Source: Acidobacteriota bacterium
GTDB lineage: Bacteria > Acidobacteriota > UBA6911 > RPQK01 > JADFOI01
Direction: 5' to 3'
Length of the DNA: 64,000 nucleotides
Assembly: GCA_963663035.1 (NCBI GenBank)
Contig: OY760074.1
Span: 1,408,001-1,472,000, forward strand
Shown here: positions 1 to 9,156 of the stretch, piece after piece
Layout of the letters: each line of letters starts with the position of its first letter
Position numbering within the stretch: position 1 is the stretch's first letter
Translations under genes and position numbers: made by a program
Notes under the pieces: model-generated
The model's input: only the letters and a program-made list of their open reading frames with translations
Databases searched by the model: none
Told to the model about the DNA's origin: nothing

Positions 1-1
1 G

Positions 2-2083
2 TATGTGGACGAGTATCAGGACGTCAATCCGGCGCAAACGGCCCTGATTAAAGCGATGGTTCCGCCCAACGGGAAACTGCGGGTTGTCGGGGACGACCTT
101 CAGAGCATCTACAACTGGCGAGGCAGCGACGTGACCAGGATTCTTGAATTCTCTAATGAGTTCGAGCCGGCCGAAGTGTTCCGTCTGTCCACGAATTACC
201 GATCGAGGCCTGAAGTGGTCACGGTTGCCAACGGCGTTGCGGAAGACATCGTTTTGAAGGACCCCCAGAAAGTGATGCAGCCCGGCCGAGAGAAGTGTGG
301 CCGAAAGGTTATTCACTGGCTTTCGACGAACAACGAGACGGATCAGGCGGAGACGATTGTTGAGATAGTTAAGCGGTTCCACAGCGCCGGTGTGCCGCAT
401 TCAAAGATCGCGATCTTGCTTCGTTCGGTTACCGGGGCAGGGAGGCCGATATACGAAGCCCTTAAGGCGGAGAGCATTCCCGTGGAATGTCCGATGCTCA
501 GTCGCGGCGGGGCTTTCATCAATACGTTTCTGCTCCCGGTTCTGAAGTGGCTGCGCACGGAACAGCTGGAGTCGAGAAACAGGCAGGAAGAGGAAGAGCA
601 AGAGGCAGACGCGCATTCGCTGTGGTTGTCGGTGGCTCCTTGGTTGTCGGTGGAAAACGCCGAGGACGTTTTTTGGAGTGGTCTGAATCACTGGTACGAC
701 CTCGTGCGGGGAGGCAAGAGCAGTGCATACAACGTAAGAAGCTGCCTTTACGATTTCCTGGACGAGTGTGGGGTCCGAGTAGCGCCCTCAGACACAGACC
801 TGATGGTCGGAATCGGCATAGCATCCCAGATCATTCGGAGGGTGGAAGAGATTCACCGAAGACGAATCAAAGGCCAAAACAGGCGTTCGGCTGCCGGGGT
901 TATCAGTGAGGTGTACTACGCGCTTATCCGCAATCAGGGAAACTTCGGTGAGAGCTTGCCGGTCAATCTAAAGGCCGAAGGGGTCGTTCTGACGACAGTG
1001 CATCAAGCCAAAGGCCTGGAGTGGCCGGTTGTATGCCTGCCGATGCTGAATAGAAGGCGCTTTCCGTTAGTAAACCGGCCAGCCAAAAGCAGCTTTCCAC
1101 CACTCATCTCCGACAGGTATGGGACCAAGTTGGACGATGAACGGCGCCTGTTCTACGTAGCGGTCACGAGAGCTCGTGAACGGCTTTTCATGCTGGATAC
1201 GGCGGCGGCGGACCCACGGGTAAGGTCGGCCTTCCTGACAGACCTAAAGCAGAGGGGAGTGCTCCCTCAAGAGGGTTTATCAGAACCGTCGGATTTAACT
1301 TGGTCGATTGCGGCGAAAGACTTGCGAAGCGACAGCCAGCCGCCAATCAGGGTGAGCCTTTCTGACCTCTTGCTGTACCTCGAATGCCCATATCAATTTG
1401 GCCTTCGCAGAGTCACCGGCCTCCAACCAGCAGTGGGCGATGAATTGGGTTTCGGGAAAGGACTCCATGAGCTGTTACAGCGGCGGGCGGAAAGCGATCA
1501 CGCATGGAACCAAGAGGAAGTGACGACCCAAGTAGAGAGCCACGTCCATCTGCCGCTGAGTTCGGATAAAGAAGAACAGCGCGCGAAACGTGCGATCGCT
1601 CAGAGGATTACCGAGCTTGACAAGCTCGGTGCATTCACGAGCGAACTCCGGCAGGAGCTGCCAGTGGAAGTATTCCTGAGTAGTGGCGTTGTGACTGGCG
1701 TCATCGACTTCGTCTATACGCAGCCGGATGGCTCCCTGGCCGTTCGCGATTGGAAAGCCAACGTCCATGACGAGTTCATCGCGCGATACGCCCGCCAACT
1801 GCAGGTCTATGTACACGCCTTGCGAATGCAGGGGCAGACTGTCAGCAGGGCAGAACTCGTTGACGTTGGCGCATCGATGAAAGCAAAGAAGCTCGTCACG
1901 ACCGCTGTTGATATTAGCGAAGCCACGATTTCCCGGTTGATGGAGGACTGCCAGCAAGCGTTGCAAGCAATACGGGAAGGCACGTTTAAGCCAAAACCTA
2001 GTGTCAGCGTATGTGGGAGTTGCGACGTGCGGCGGATATGCGCTGTGCGCGAGGGAGAAGAACGTGCGGAAACTGAAAACTAG
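2..2083 (+). CDS. UvrD/REP-family helicase fused to C-terminal RecB/Cas4-like PD-(D/E)XK nuclease (5'-partial)
   Basis: Helicase motifs VDEYQD, VGDDLQSIYNWRGS, LSTNYRS, TVHQAKGLEW, ERRLFYVAVTRA. Nuclease motifs VIDF..VRDWK..QLQVY with four Cys (LECPYQF ... CGSCDVRRIC). Frame is open at the window start. Confidence 0.93.
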   Translation, partial: YVDEYQDVNPAQTALIKAMVPPNGKLRVVGDDLQSIYNWRGSDVTRILEFSNEFEPAEVFRLSTNYRSRPEVVTVANGVAEDIVLKDPQKVMQPGREKCGRKVIHWLSTNNETDQAETIVEIVKRFHSAGVPHSKIAILLRSVTGAGRPIYEALKAESIPVECPMLSRGGAFINTFLLPVLKWLRTEQLESRNRQEEEEQEADAHSLWLSVAPWLSVENAEDVFWSGLNHWYDLVRGGKSSAYNVRSCLYDFLDECGVRVAPSDTDLMVGIGIASQIIRRVEEIHRRRIKGQNRRSAAGVISEVYYALIRNQGNFGESLPVNLKAEGVVLTTVHQAKGLEWPVVCLPMLNRRRFPLVNRPAKSSFPPLISDRYGTKLDDERRLFYVAVTRARERLFMLDTAAADPRVRSAFLTDLKQRGVLPQEGLSEPSDLTWSIAAKDLRSDSQPPIRVSLSDLLLYLECPYQFGLRRVTGLQPAVGDELGFGKGLHELLQRRAESDHAWNQEEVTTQVESHVHLPLSSDKEEQRAKRAIAQRITELDKLGAFTSELRQELPVEVFLSSGVVTGVIDFVYTQPDGSLAVRDWKANVHDEFIARYARQLQVYVHALRMQGQTVSRAELVDVGASMKAKKLVTTAVDISEATISRLMEDCQQALQAIREGTFKPKPSVSVCGSCDVRRICAVREGEERAETEN

Positions 2084-3359
2084 AGAGGATATCTGGGTTT
2101 TGACCCCGAGCGCTGATGACCTGAAGGCGGGAGCGTACTATGCCGCCGTCAGCCTTCCTTGGACATTCAACCGCATGATGCTCAACACGACTTCGGCCGG
2201 CCAACGGCATCGAGCCCTGAACATTGCGAAGGGCATCGTTGGGCAAGAAATACTCAAGCGCGAGATGGAACGGGTTGGAATAAAGGCTCAGATGCAGCGA
2301 AAAAGCTATCGCGATGAAGACCTGTTCGATTTTAACGTCGAAATCGGTGGCACTCTAACAAAGCTCGATTTGAAGAGCGTCAATTACTTTACGGACTACG
2401 CACCTATCGGACGCGAACCGTTTTCGGCAGATTTGCTCATGAAGTACACGGGATATGCTGACGCTGACTGGAGAACCTTCTTCCCGATGCTCGTGCCACA
2501 TACGCAAATCGAGCAGAGCAAGGAAGGTTACTGCTTCGCAATCGCGAGCAGTATCGACCTGAGAAAAGACATAGCGACCAAACGGACGGGCTACGCGCTG
2601 ACAGCGTTCCCTTATGGGGAACATCTAGGGTTTCTGAGTTCCAAGAAGCTCTGTCTGCTGCGGGAAGAAGCCAACAAGGGCTTCTACGTCGAATTCCTGT
2701 ACAAAGCGGACTCTCTTTTCGGCTCCGAAGTGACCCTGTCGGCGATAGGGGAGTGGGACGGTGAGCCTAGTATGATTGAGGTGAAGCTGCGTTCCGGCGT
2801 GGCAAAGCAAGTTGGGCCGTTCTCGTGCATCTCATCTTTCCAGGTGGACAAGGACAGCTATGACCAGCTTTCCGGATCGGTCGAAATATCGGTGAAGAAG
2901 AACGGCTTCAAGACGCCGGTTCTTAACACGCAAAAACGGAACACCAATAGGGTTCCCAAGGGATCTTTCAAGCTGGCGAGGCCCGACTTCTGCAATTTGT
3001 TCTTGCCGACGGACTACACGTTGTACGTGATCGGGTGGACGTACAAGGACGAGTTTCTTCAGGCATGCCGGCAGTACACGGGCTGGGTGTGGCCTAAGGA
3101 CAGCATCGACAAGTTCAAGAACCAAGCCTGGACCCAAATCACTGAGAAGGACCGGAAAAATCTAGGAAAAAAAGGGTTCGGGAGTTCTATACCAGACCCG
3201 CCGCGTATACTAAGAGCAGGGTGGCTCAAGACGACAGGCCATGGCGGAGGCGCCTGCTGCTACGTGTTTCCGAACATCGGAGCAAACGGAGGAGTGAAGG
3301 AGACAAATCTTTATATCCTGCCTCGGGATTTGTACACTATGGGCACCCTGGAACAGTAG
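2064..3359 (+). CDS. Hypothetical protein, putative PD-(D/E)XK restriction endonuclease
   Basis: GTG at 2064 after GAGGGAG RBS, overlapping the helicase 3' end. Motif GQE..LFDF..LDLKS and YVIGW..DEF. Sits directly upstream of a DNA methyltransferase. Confidence 0.6.
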   Translation: MRKLKTREDIWVLTPSADDLKAGAYYAAVSLPWTFNRMMLNTTSAGQRHRALNIAKGIVGQEILKREMERVGIKAQMQRKSYRDEDLFDFNVEIGGTLTKLDLKSVNYFTDYAPIGREPFSADLLMKYTGYADADWRTFFPMLVPHTQIEQSKEGYCFAIASSIDLRKDIATKRTGYALTAFPYGEHLGFLSSKKLCLLREEANKGFYVEFLYKADSLFGSEVTLSAIGEWDGEPSMIEVKLRSGVAKQVGPFSCISSFQVDKDSYDQLSGSVEISVKKNGFKTPVLNTQKRNTNRVPKGSFKLARPDFCNLFLPTDYTLYVIGWTYKDEFLQACRQYTGWVWPKDSIDKFKNQAWTQITEKDRKNLGKKGFGSSIPDPPRILRAGWLKTTGHGGGACCYVFPNIGANGGVKETNLYILPRDLYTMGTLEQ

Positions 3360-3372
3360 GGAACGGTTTTAG

Positions 3373-4905
3373 ATGAGCGGAAATATGGCAATTGGTAAAC
3401 AAGACAGGTTGACCTTCGACCCTTCCTCTGCCGCAAAGAGGCAGAAGGGCAATCGCGGCGGGCCACCGAATCGAATGAACGATTTGGTATACCGCGACTG
3501 GATGAAGTTCCAGAAGAGTTTCTTCCGGTTCGCATCAGATCAGGCGCTCATCGAAGAATGCGTGTACTTCTTCACGAAGGCGATCTGGGACGACGGAACC
3601 GCATCGCGGACCTTGATCGTGGGAGCAGAGGAGTTCTCCCAAGCGGCAATCCCCTCCCCTCGAGTCGTCACGCACGTCTGCGGGCACAAGTCGTTCGAGA
3701 CGGTTAACAACACCCTTTGCGGCCAGACCAGGAAGACCAGAGAGCACGACTTCGTGCTTGTGGACCTGCGCGCTCTCATCACAGAACAAGCCGAGCTGGA
3801 TGATTTCATCAACCGATACGCCGAGGGATTTTTCGAGGGTATCCGGGCGGCACTTAGAGATGATCGCTACTGCTGCGTGATGGTGGGACTTCCACAGACC
3901 GGTGGTGGTGGATTTCCGTTTCCGTGGGCAGTGGCCCTCGCGGCGCGCGCTCATCTGAGGCTGCGGGATGAGAAAATAGGCCTGATCGAGGACGAAGGGC
4001 GTGCATTCTACTGCCTGTTCATGCAAGCGAACGAGGATGGCCGGCCGCGAGAGAGTATGACCAAGAAAAGCTTCCATCTCTCGGATGCGGAGTTCTGCCG
4101 GGATGTACCTGCATGGATCATTCCAAGGCCTCCCCCTAGGAGGAAGAATGAAATTCTTCATCCTGCTAAGTTCCCGGAGACGTTAATCGAACAGCTTATT
4201 AAGATTCACTCTTCGGAGATGGATAACGTCTTCGACCCGATGGTGGGAACGGGTAGCACAGTGATTGCTGCGTTGCGGACGAAGAGAAACGGGTTCGGGA
4301 TCGATCTCTCAAAGGAATTCATCCAGACCGCGCAGGATCGAATAGCGCAAGAACAGGCACCATCGTTATTCCCCGGTGTTGAGCTAGAGGGGCGGGTTTT
4401 TGTTGGTGATGCCACTAGGCTCGATGAGATACACGAACTTGATGGGATTGAATTCCAGTACGCGGTGACGAGCCCGCCGTACTGGTCAATGCTGAAGAAT
4501 CCCGGCAGCGAGAATCAGAAGGCCAGGCGCAGCCGCAATCTTCCCCTGGTGTATTCCGATGATGTACAGGACTTGGGAAACATTGCCGACTACGACGAAT
4601 TTCTGAATGTCCTAGAGAGCATATACAACGATGTTGCCGTGCGACTAGCGGACGATGGAATGCTCACAGTTGTGGTGAAGAACGTAAAGCGGCATCATAC
4701 CCTCCATCCGCTGGCCTGGAATCTGACCAGCAGACTCTGCGGTCCGAAAGGTTCCTTCAATTACGTAGGTACAACGCTGTGGTGCCAAGACGATGTTGGA
4801 ATCAAACCTTTTGCAGTCGGAATCCTCTGGGTGAGCAACATCCTGCATACGTACTGCCTGCATTTTCAAAAACGGAAAGTCCCCGAAGAACCGCGCAAGA
4901 ACTGA
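3373..4905 (+). CDS. Amino-DNA methyltransferase (N4C/N6A) with degenerate N-terminal duplicate domain
   Basis: HPAKFP, VFDPMVGTGST (motif I) and VTSPPYW (motif IV) lie in the C-terminal half. The N-terminal half aligns by eye to the C-terminal half but lacks these motifs. Confidence 0.9.
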   Translation: MSGNMAIGKQDRLTFDPSSAAKRQKGNRGGPPNRMNDLVYRDWMKFQKSFFRFASDQALIEECVYFFTKAIWDDGTASRTLIVGAEEFSQAAIPSPRVVTHVCGHKSFETVNNTLCGQTRKTREHDFVLVDLRALITEQAELDDFINRYAEGFFEGIRAALRDDRYCCVMVGLPQTGGGGFPFPWAVALAARAHLRLRDEKIGLIEDEGRAFYCLFMQANEDGRPRESMTKKSFHLSDAEFCRDVPAWIIPRPPPRRKNEILHPAKFPETLIEQLIKIHSSEMDNVFDPMVGTGSTVIAALRTKRNGFGIDLSKEFIQTAQDRIAQEQAPSLFPGVELEGRVFVGDATRLDEIHELDGIEFQYAVTSPPYWSMLKNPGSENQKARRSRNLPLVYSDDVQDLGNIADYDEFLNVLESIYNDVAVRLADDGMLTVVVKNVKRHHTLHPLAWNLTSRLCGPKGSFNYVGTTLWCQDDVGIKPFAVGILWVSNILHTYCLHFQKRKVPEEPRKN

Positions 4906-5036
4906 GCAGGTCAGAACATGGGAGTTCGCTTCCTCGCAGTCGTTCCAAAGCGTCTGTAAGGGCTCGGAGACAAACGAAGGGTTGGAGTCTGATAAGGCGC
5001 TGCAAGAGAGCTGTGGCTGACAGTTGGTGACTGGCG

Positions 5037-6773
5037 TCACGTCAGCAGCGTCGTGATCTCGGATTTGAGACTTTCCCTCCTCGCCGAGTGAAAGGATTTG
5101 AACTCTAAAAGGTCGTCGGGCACATTGCCGAGCAGGTGCAGATTCAGGTACTCGGTCCGTTTCTCATCGGACTCGAAAGTGGAGAGCCATTCGGTCGGCA
5201 GTTTCGAGCGCTTCTCCTGGTTTTCGACACCCGCCAGGAGCTGGAGGTTCGGCAGGCTGTTCATCATCTCACGTAGGTCCGCTACCTCCTCTTCCGAGAA
5301 ACCTTTCGACTTCAACAGCGCCGCCGCGAATTGAGATTTGGGGAAGAAGTGGTCCACGTGAAAGTGATGCCTAAGATCGAGGTGTCTGAATATCAGCGAC
5401 AGTAGACAGAACGTACGTTTGTCCCCGTAGCGCATGTCGGTCAATTCGTCGATTTCCTCGCTGTTGAACACGAGGGACTTGCCGCGCGTGCTCATTGCTT
5501 TGCGCAATTCTTCAACCGGAAATCCGTTACCTTGATTGTCCTTTATTACTTGCCGGAGTAACGTTAGGAATGAGTCTAGCCCGCTTCCCCAGATACCTGA
5601 CTTCAGTAGACCAGAAACCAGCCACTTCCGAATTATCTCTCTGTCGGCGTTGGACTGCGCCTGGGTTAAATATCCGTCTTCCGCCCCAGTTCCATAAAAG
5701 TAGTAGGCTATTGGCAAGAGGGCGCTGTCTGTCCTGAGGGTTTCCGACTTGAAGCCGAAGTTCGAAGCCAGATGGACTGTAAGCGTCAGCGACCGTTTGA
5801 TTTTTTCCCACTTGCTCTCCAGTATCTCCATATTCTTTCGGTTGAAATTCTCCACTTTGAAACCAACGCTGCCAATGTCGCTGAGCATCAGACCGGCCTT
5901 GAGTACCCAATCCTTGGAAAATTCGAACCCGTTGCCGATCTTGTTGATATCGTCGACTAGCTGGTGAATCACCTCGCGGGCGTCGTACTTCGACCACTGG
6001 GCCACGGCGACGGATAGCAGCAGATCGGAGTAGGACAGAACGGTTCCTCCGCTGTTTGTCCGAATGAATATCTGAAGGACCTCCTCCAGTTCTTGGCTAG
6101 CCTCTTCGTAGAAGCACACCAGTAATCTCTCTCGAATGACAGTGTACAATTGGTGAAGCACCTTGTGGGCCTCCGCAACGGGGCGGTTGGGTAGTCGGTT
6201 CTCAAGCCACTCAGTCATGGCTGGTCCGCTGTCGGCCAGTTTCAAGATGTCCTTGACCTCAAACCAGCACGACGCACTGTTATCGACTTCCTCTCGAGTA
6301 CGAAAATCAAACCGATATTGAACGCCGACGTCGTCATCGTCATCGGGGGTCCAAAGCAGGTCGATGTAGAGGTGCTTTTGTGGGTATGCGTCGGGGTTGG
6401 TGCGCCGCTTCCAAGGGAGTTTCTTCGCCATCGAGCCGCGAGGACCGATGTTGAACGCGGTTAGGCGCTGCTGACCGTCGAGGACGGCGATCACATCCCG
6501 ATTCGGCATCTCGCCCAAGCGGTGGCAATGTGGATCATCTCTTTCGTGATACTCGCGGACAAAGTCGTAGAACTGGTAGCGGGTGTTGTGCTCCTGGCTA
6601 ACCTTCCAGTAAAGGAAGGTGCCGAAGGGGTAGCCTCGCATGAGGCTGTCAAACAGAGTGCAGATTTGCGCTGGCTCCCATACAAACTCGCGCTGGATGG
6701 CCGGCAGCACGAGTTGATGGCATTCGATTTGGTGGAGTGTCTGCTCGATCGTTACAGCCGTCTGGTACATCAC
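5037..6773 (-). CDS. DUF262-DUF1524 (GmrSD-like, type IV modification-dependent nuclease)
   Basis: LPAIQREFVW, LDGQQRLT, FIRTNSGG (DUF262); VDHFFP..NSLPNLQLL..N (HNH/DUF1524). Confidence 0.9.
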   Translation of the reverse strand: MMYQTAVTIEQTLHQIECHQLVLPAIQREFVWEPAQICTLFDSLMRGYPFGTFLYWKVSQEHNTRYQFYDFVREYHERDDPHCHRLGEMPNRDVIAVLDGQQRLTAFNIGPRGSMAKKLPWKRRTNPDAYPQKHLYIDLLWTPDDDDDVGVQYRFDFRTREEVDNSASCWFEVKDILKLADSGPAMTEWLENRLPNRPVAEAHKVLHQLYTVIRERLLVCFYEEASQELEEVLQIFIRTNSGGTVLSYSDLLLSVAVAQWSKYDAREVIHQLVDDINKIGNGFEFSKDWVLKAGLMLSDIGSVGFKVENFNRKNMEILESKWEKIKRSLTLTVHLASNFGFKSETLRTDSALLPIAYYFYGTGAEDGYLTQAQSNADREIIRKWLVSGLLKSGIWGSGLDSFLTLLRQVIKDNQGNGFPVEELRKAMSTRGKSLVFNSEEIDELTDMRYGDKRTFCLLSLIFRHLDLRHHFHVDHFFPKSQFAAALLKSKGFSEEEVADLREMMNSLPNLQLLAGVENQEKRSKLPTEWLSTFESDEKRTEYLNLHLLGNVPDDLLEFKSFHSARRESLKSEITTLLT

Positions 6774-6961
6774 AAATCTTTCTACGGGCCGAGTCTCGGA
6801 AAGGTACTTTGTCTGGGTGAGTTCGTCAAGCCGTGTCGAGATCGGGTCGGTTGCCGAGAGACCAAGCCATCATATCGAGTATTCAGGCGTGGTCTTACTA
6901 CCGATATCTTTGGGCTGTATCAGCTCGTGATGCGTTAACTTGACAACGCCTTCCCGAAGGG

Positions 6962-7327
6962 TCATGTGACGATGTCTTCGTAGGTCTTTTTTTGTTCTGT
7001 AGTTCCCTCTTTCTCGATCAAAGCCAGTACCGCACGTTCAAAGGTCGTATGGTCATACACGTCAAGGTGCGCGCCCATTTCTTGGAAAAGCTCGCGCATT
7101 GCAGGCCTGACCTTTAAGCCGAGTTGCATTGTATACGGCGATTTCTTACGGCGGCGGAGTGTTTTCCGGACGTTTTCCCTGCTCGGAAATCCAGACTGTT
7201 CCGCAACTCTTTGGAGGGTTTCAGGGTCTACGACATTTTTCCCCTTCCGGCTCTTCCCTGCTAATTCTTCAATATCCACGGTTTCACTATCACTAGTAAA
7301 GTCTAATGCGGCCCGTTGCTTGCCCAT
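6962..7327 (-). CDS. Small partition/stability partner of the upstream ParA
   Basis: 121 aa, 2 nt downstream of a ParA fragment; AEQSGFPSRE segment and basic C-terminal DNA-binding-like half. Confidence 0.55.
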   Translation of the reverse strand: MGKQRAALDFTSDSETVDIEELAGKSRKGKNVVDPETLQRVAEQSGFPSRENVRKTLRRRKKSPYTMQLGLKVRPAMRELFQEMGAHLDVYDHTTFERAVLALIEKEGTTEQKKTYEDIVT

Positions 7328-7329
7328 GG

Positions 7330-7642
7330 CTAGCGCTCCTTATCTTCAGCGTGTTGTGATGCTTTGATTTTCCGCAAAACTTCGTCGGTATAGGCTTCTG
7401 CATTCGCTATCGCGTTATCGACGCCAGAGACTTGGGACGGGTTCAGATCGTGCAACACGCCACCAAATGAGCGCATAGCCCGGAAGGCTTCACGGTCAAT
7501 CAATGAAATCTTAAAGAGATCAACTCCCGCCCCTTCAAACTGCTCGACAATATGGCGCAGGGTCCGCGGCTGTATTGCTGGACTCGTCCGCGTAAAGAGC
7601 ACAGAGAAAGGAATAACGCGCTTTAGAAGCTTCGATTGGTTC
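7330..7642 (-). pseudogene. ParA/VirC1-like ATPase C-terminal fragment, truncated by IS5
   Basis: VLFTRTSPAI..LIDREAFRAMRSFGG..NAIANA resembles a ParA C-terminus; frame runs up to the IS end. Confidence 0.7.
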
Positions 7643-8746
7643 AGCGTTGTTGCATGGATCGGGGCGGAGATGGAATTCGCCCTTTCCCAAGCGGTAGCGT
7701 CAGGCGCTGCGTTGGAACACAGGCCGCCCGAGTGCGGTCATTGTGTTCAGAACTTTCTGGCCGACCTGGATCTCCGTGATTTGCCTGGAGAAGCTGCGAG
7801 ATTTGAGCTTGGGGCCGATCGCGCTCTTCCAACGACCGATCTGCGTTTCTATCCGGCTGCGTTGGTTGTACCCTGTGGCCACTTGCCAGGCCATGCGGCC
7901 GTTGCTGCGGATCTGGGCAATATGGCGATCCCGAACGGTTGGATTCCGCGCCGATTGCGGTCGGATCACTGCGTTTTTCGGCGGCGGTATAACCACATCC
8001 AGGGTCTCCCCATACCTCTGCCTCAGCATATCCCGTATAGACGCTCCATCATAGGCGCCGTCAGCCAGAAAGCCCGTGACAGGAGCATCGAGTTGATCCA
8101 GGAGCCCGGGTAAGGCGGTGCTGTCTCCAACCTCATCGTGAGTCAGATCGGCGCAAACAATCGCACCGCTGGCCAGGTCCAGTCCGAGGTGGAGTTTGCG
8201 CCAGCGGCGGCGTATTCCCTTGATTTTATGCTTCTGGGCGAGCCATTCCCCCTCGCCGAAGATCTTGAGGCCGGTACTGTCCACCACCAGATGGACAGCC
8301 ACAGACCCGGCTTGCCTCATCGCCTGAGCGATGTTCAAGCCGTTTGCGCGACGCGACAGTGTGGAGTAATCCGGCACCCGTATATCCAGCCCCATGAGCG
8401 TGCCGATGGAGCCCATAAGTCCCTGCGTTTGCCGCAACGCAAGCCGATACGTCGTGCGCAGCGTCAGGCAGGTCTCGATCGCCAAATCCGAGTGTCTCCA
8501 CTGGCCACCCCGTGACGTGCGCCGCGCCGCGCTCCACACACTTTGCGCCTCCTCACTGACCCAGATCGTCAGATCGCCCCGCTGGCGCAGGCTCTCGTTA
8601 TATTCCGCCCAGTCGATCACCCGATACTGCGCCTTATCGAACTTGTGCCGTCGGGATGCGTTGAACTTATGTGGCATCTAAGTTATCCCCAGTGTTGAAA
8701 AACACCATGATTAGACATCCTTCGGGATGATCCATGCAACAAGGTC
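7643..8746 (-). mobile_element. IS5-family (IS903-like) insertion sequence
   Basis: Terminal inverted repeats agcgttgttgcatggatc / gatccatgcaacaaggtc; no target duplication visible. Confidence 0.88.
7700..8677 (-). CDS. IS5-family DDE transposase
   Basis: WAEYNESLRQRG, VVDSTGLK, WRKLHL, ADGAYD, RSRIET motifs. Confidence 0.95.
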   Translation of the reverse strand: MPHKFNASRRHKFDKAQYRVIDWAEYNESLRQRGDLTIWVSEEAQSVWSAARRTSRGGQWRHSDLAIETCLTLRTTYRLALRQTQGLMGSIGTLMGLDIRVPDYSTLSRRANGLNIAQAMRQAGSVAVHLVVDSTGLKIFGEGEWLAQKHKIKGIRRRWRKLHLGLDLASGAIVCADLTHDEVGDSTALPGLLDQLDAPVTGFLADGAYDGASIRDMLRQRYGETLDVVIPPPKNAVIRPQSARNPTVRDRHIAQIRSNGRMAWQVATGYNQRSRIETQIGRWKSAIGPKLKSRSFSRQITEIQVGQKVLNTMTALGRPVFQRSA

Positions 8747-8887
8747 TGTAATATCGAGGATGCTTACCGCGACCACTTTCTATTCTTCTGAAGCTTCAAG
8801 TTCCGTACTGCGACGGGAGATGAACTGGCGGATTTCATCATTCATTTTCGTGCCCGCCACCGCAACGTGGAGTTGCCCGCCGGCCTT

Positions 8888-8919
8888 AGCATGACTGCAT
8901 GTGTGCATGCAATCATGCT
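8888..8919. repeat. 4 x 8-bp tandem repeat (xGCATGxx), candidate centromere site
   Basis: agcatgac tgcatgtg tgcatgca atcatgct immediately downstream of the small par gene. Confidence 0.65.
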
Positions 8920-8922
8920 CCA

Positions 8923-9156
8923 TCAGGAGTGGTGTTCCTTGTAGTACTCCCAGACTTTTAGAAATAAGTGGCTGGAATGGAGATTCCGGGCTGCGGCGTA
9001 GGCCTTAAACTCGCACTTGGCTGCGGGAGGTATTCGCACCTGAAAAGGCACATTCTCCCCTGTCACGGGGCGCAGAAGATTGTCAGGCGTCGCGGCAGGT
9101 ATGGGAGGAGCTCCTTTGGGATTTGGCTTTTGGAGTGCGGCGTTGATTTTGGTCAT
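8923..9156 (-). CDS. Small ParG-like (ribbon-helix-helix) partition protein
   Basis: 77 aa, start overlaps parA stop (TAATG); flexible N-terminus then VPFQVRIP..KCEFKAYAA..LFLKVWEYY. Confidence 0.7.
   Translation of the reverse strand: MTKINAALQKPNPKGAPPIPAATPDNLLRPVTGENVPFQVRIPPAAKCEFKAYAAARNLHSSHLFLKVWEYYKEHHS

Noticed and set aside
1320-2083. Cas4-like nuclease suggesting CRISPR-Cas
   Set aside because: It is the C-terminal domain of a UvrD helicase; no cas1/cas2 and no repeat-spacer array were seen in the window.
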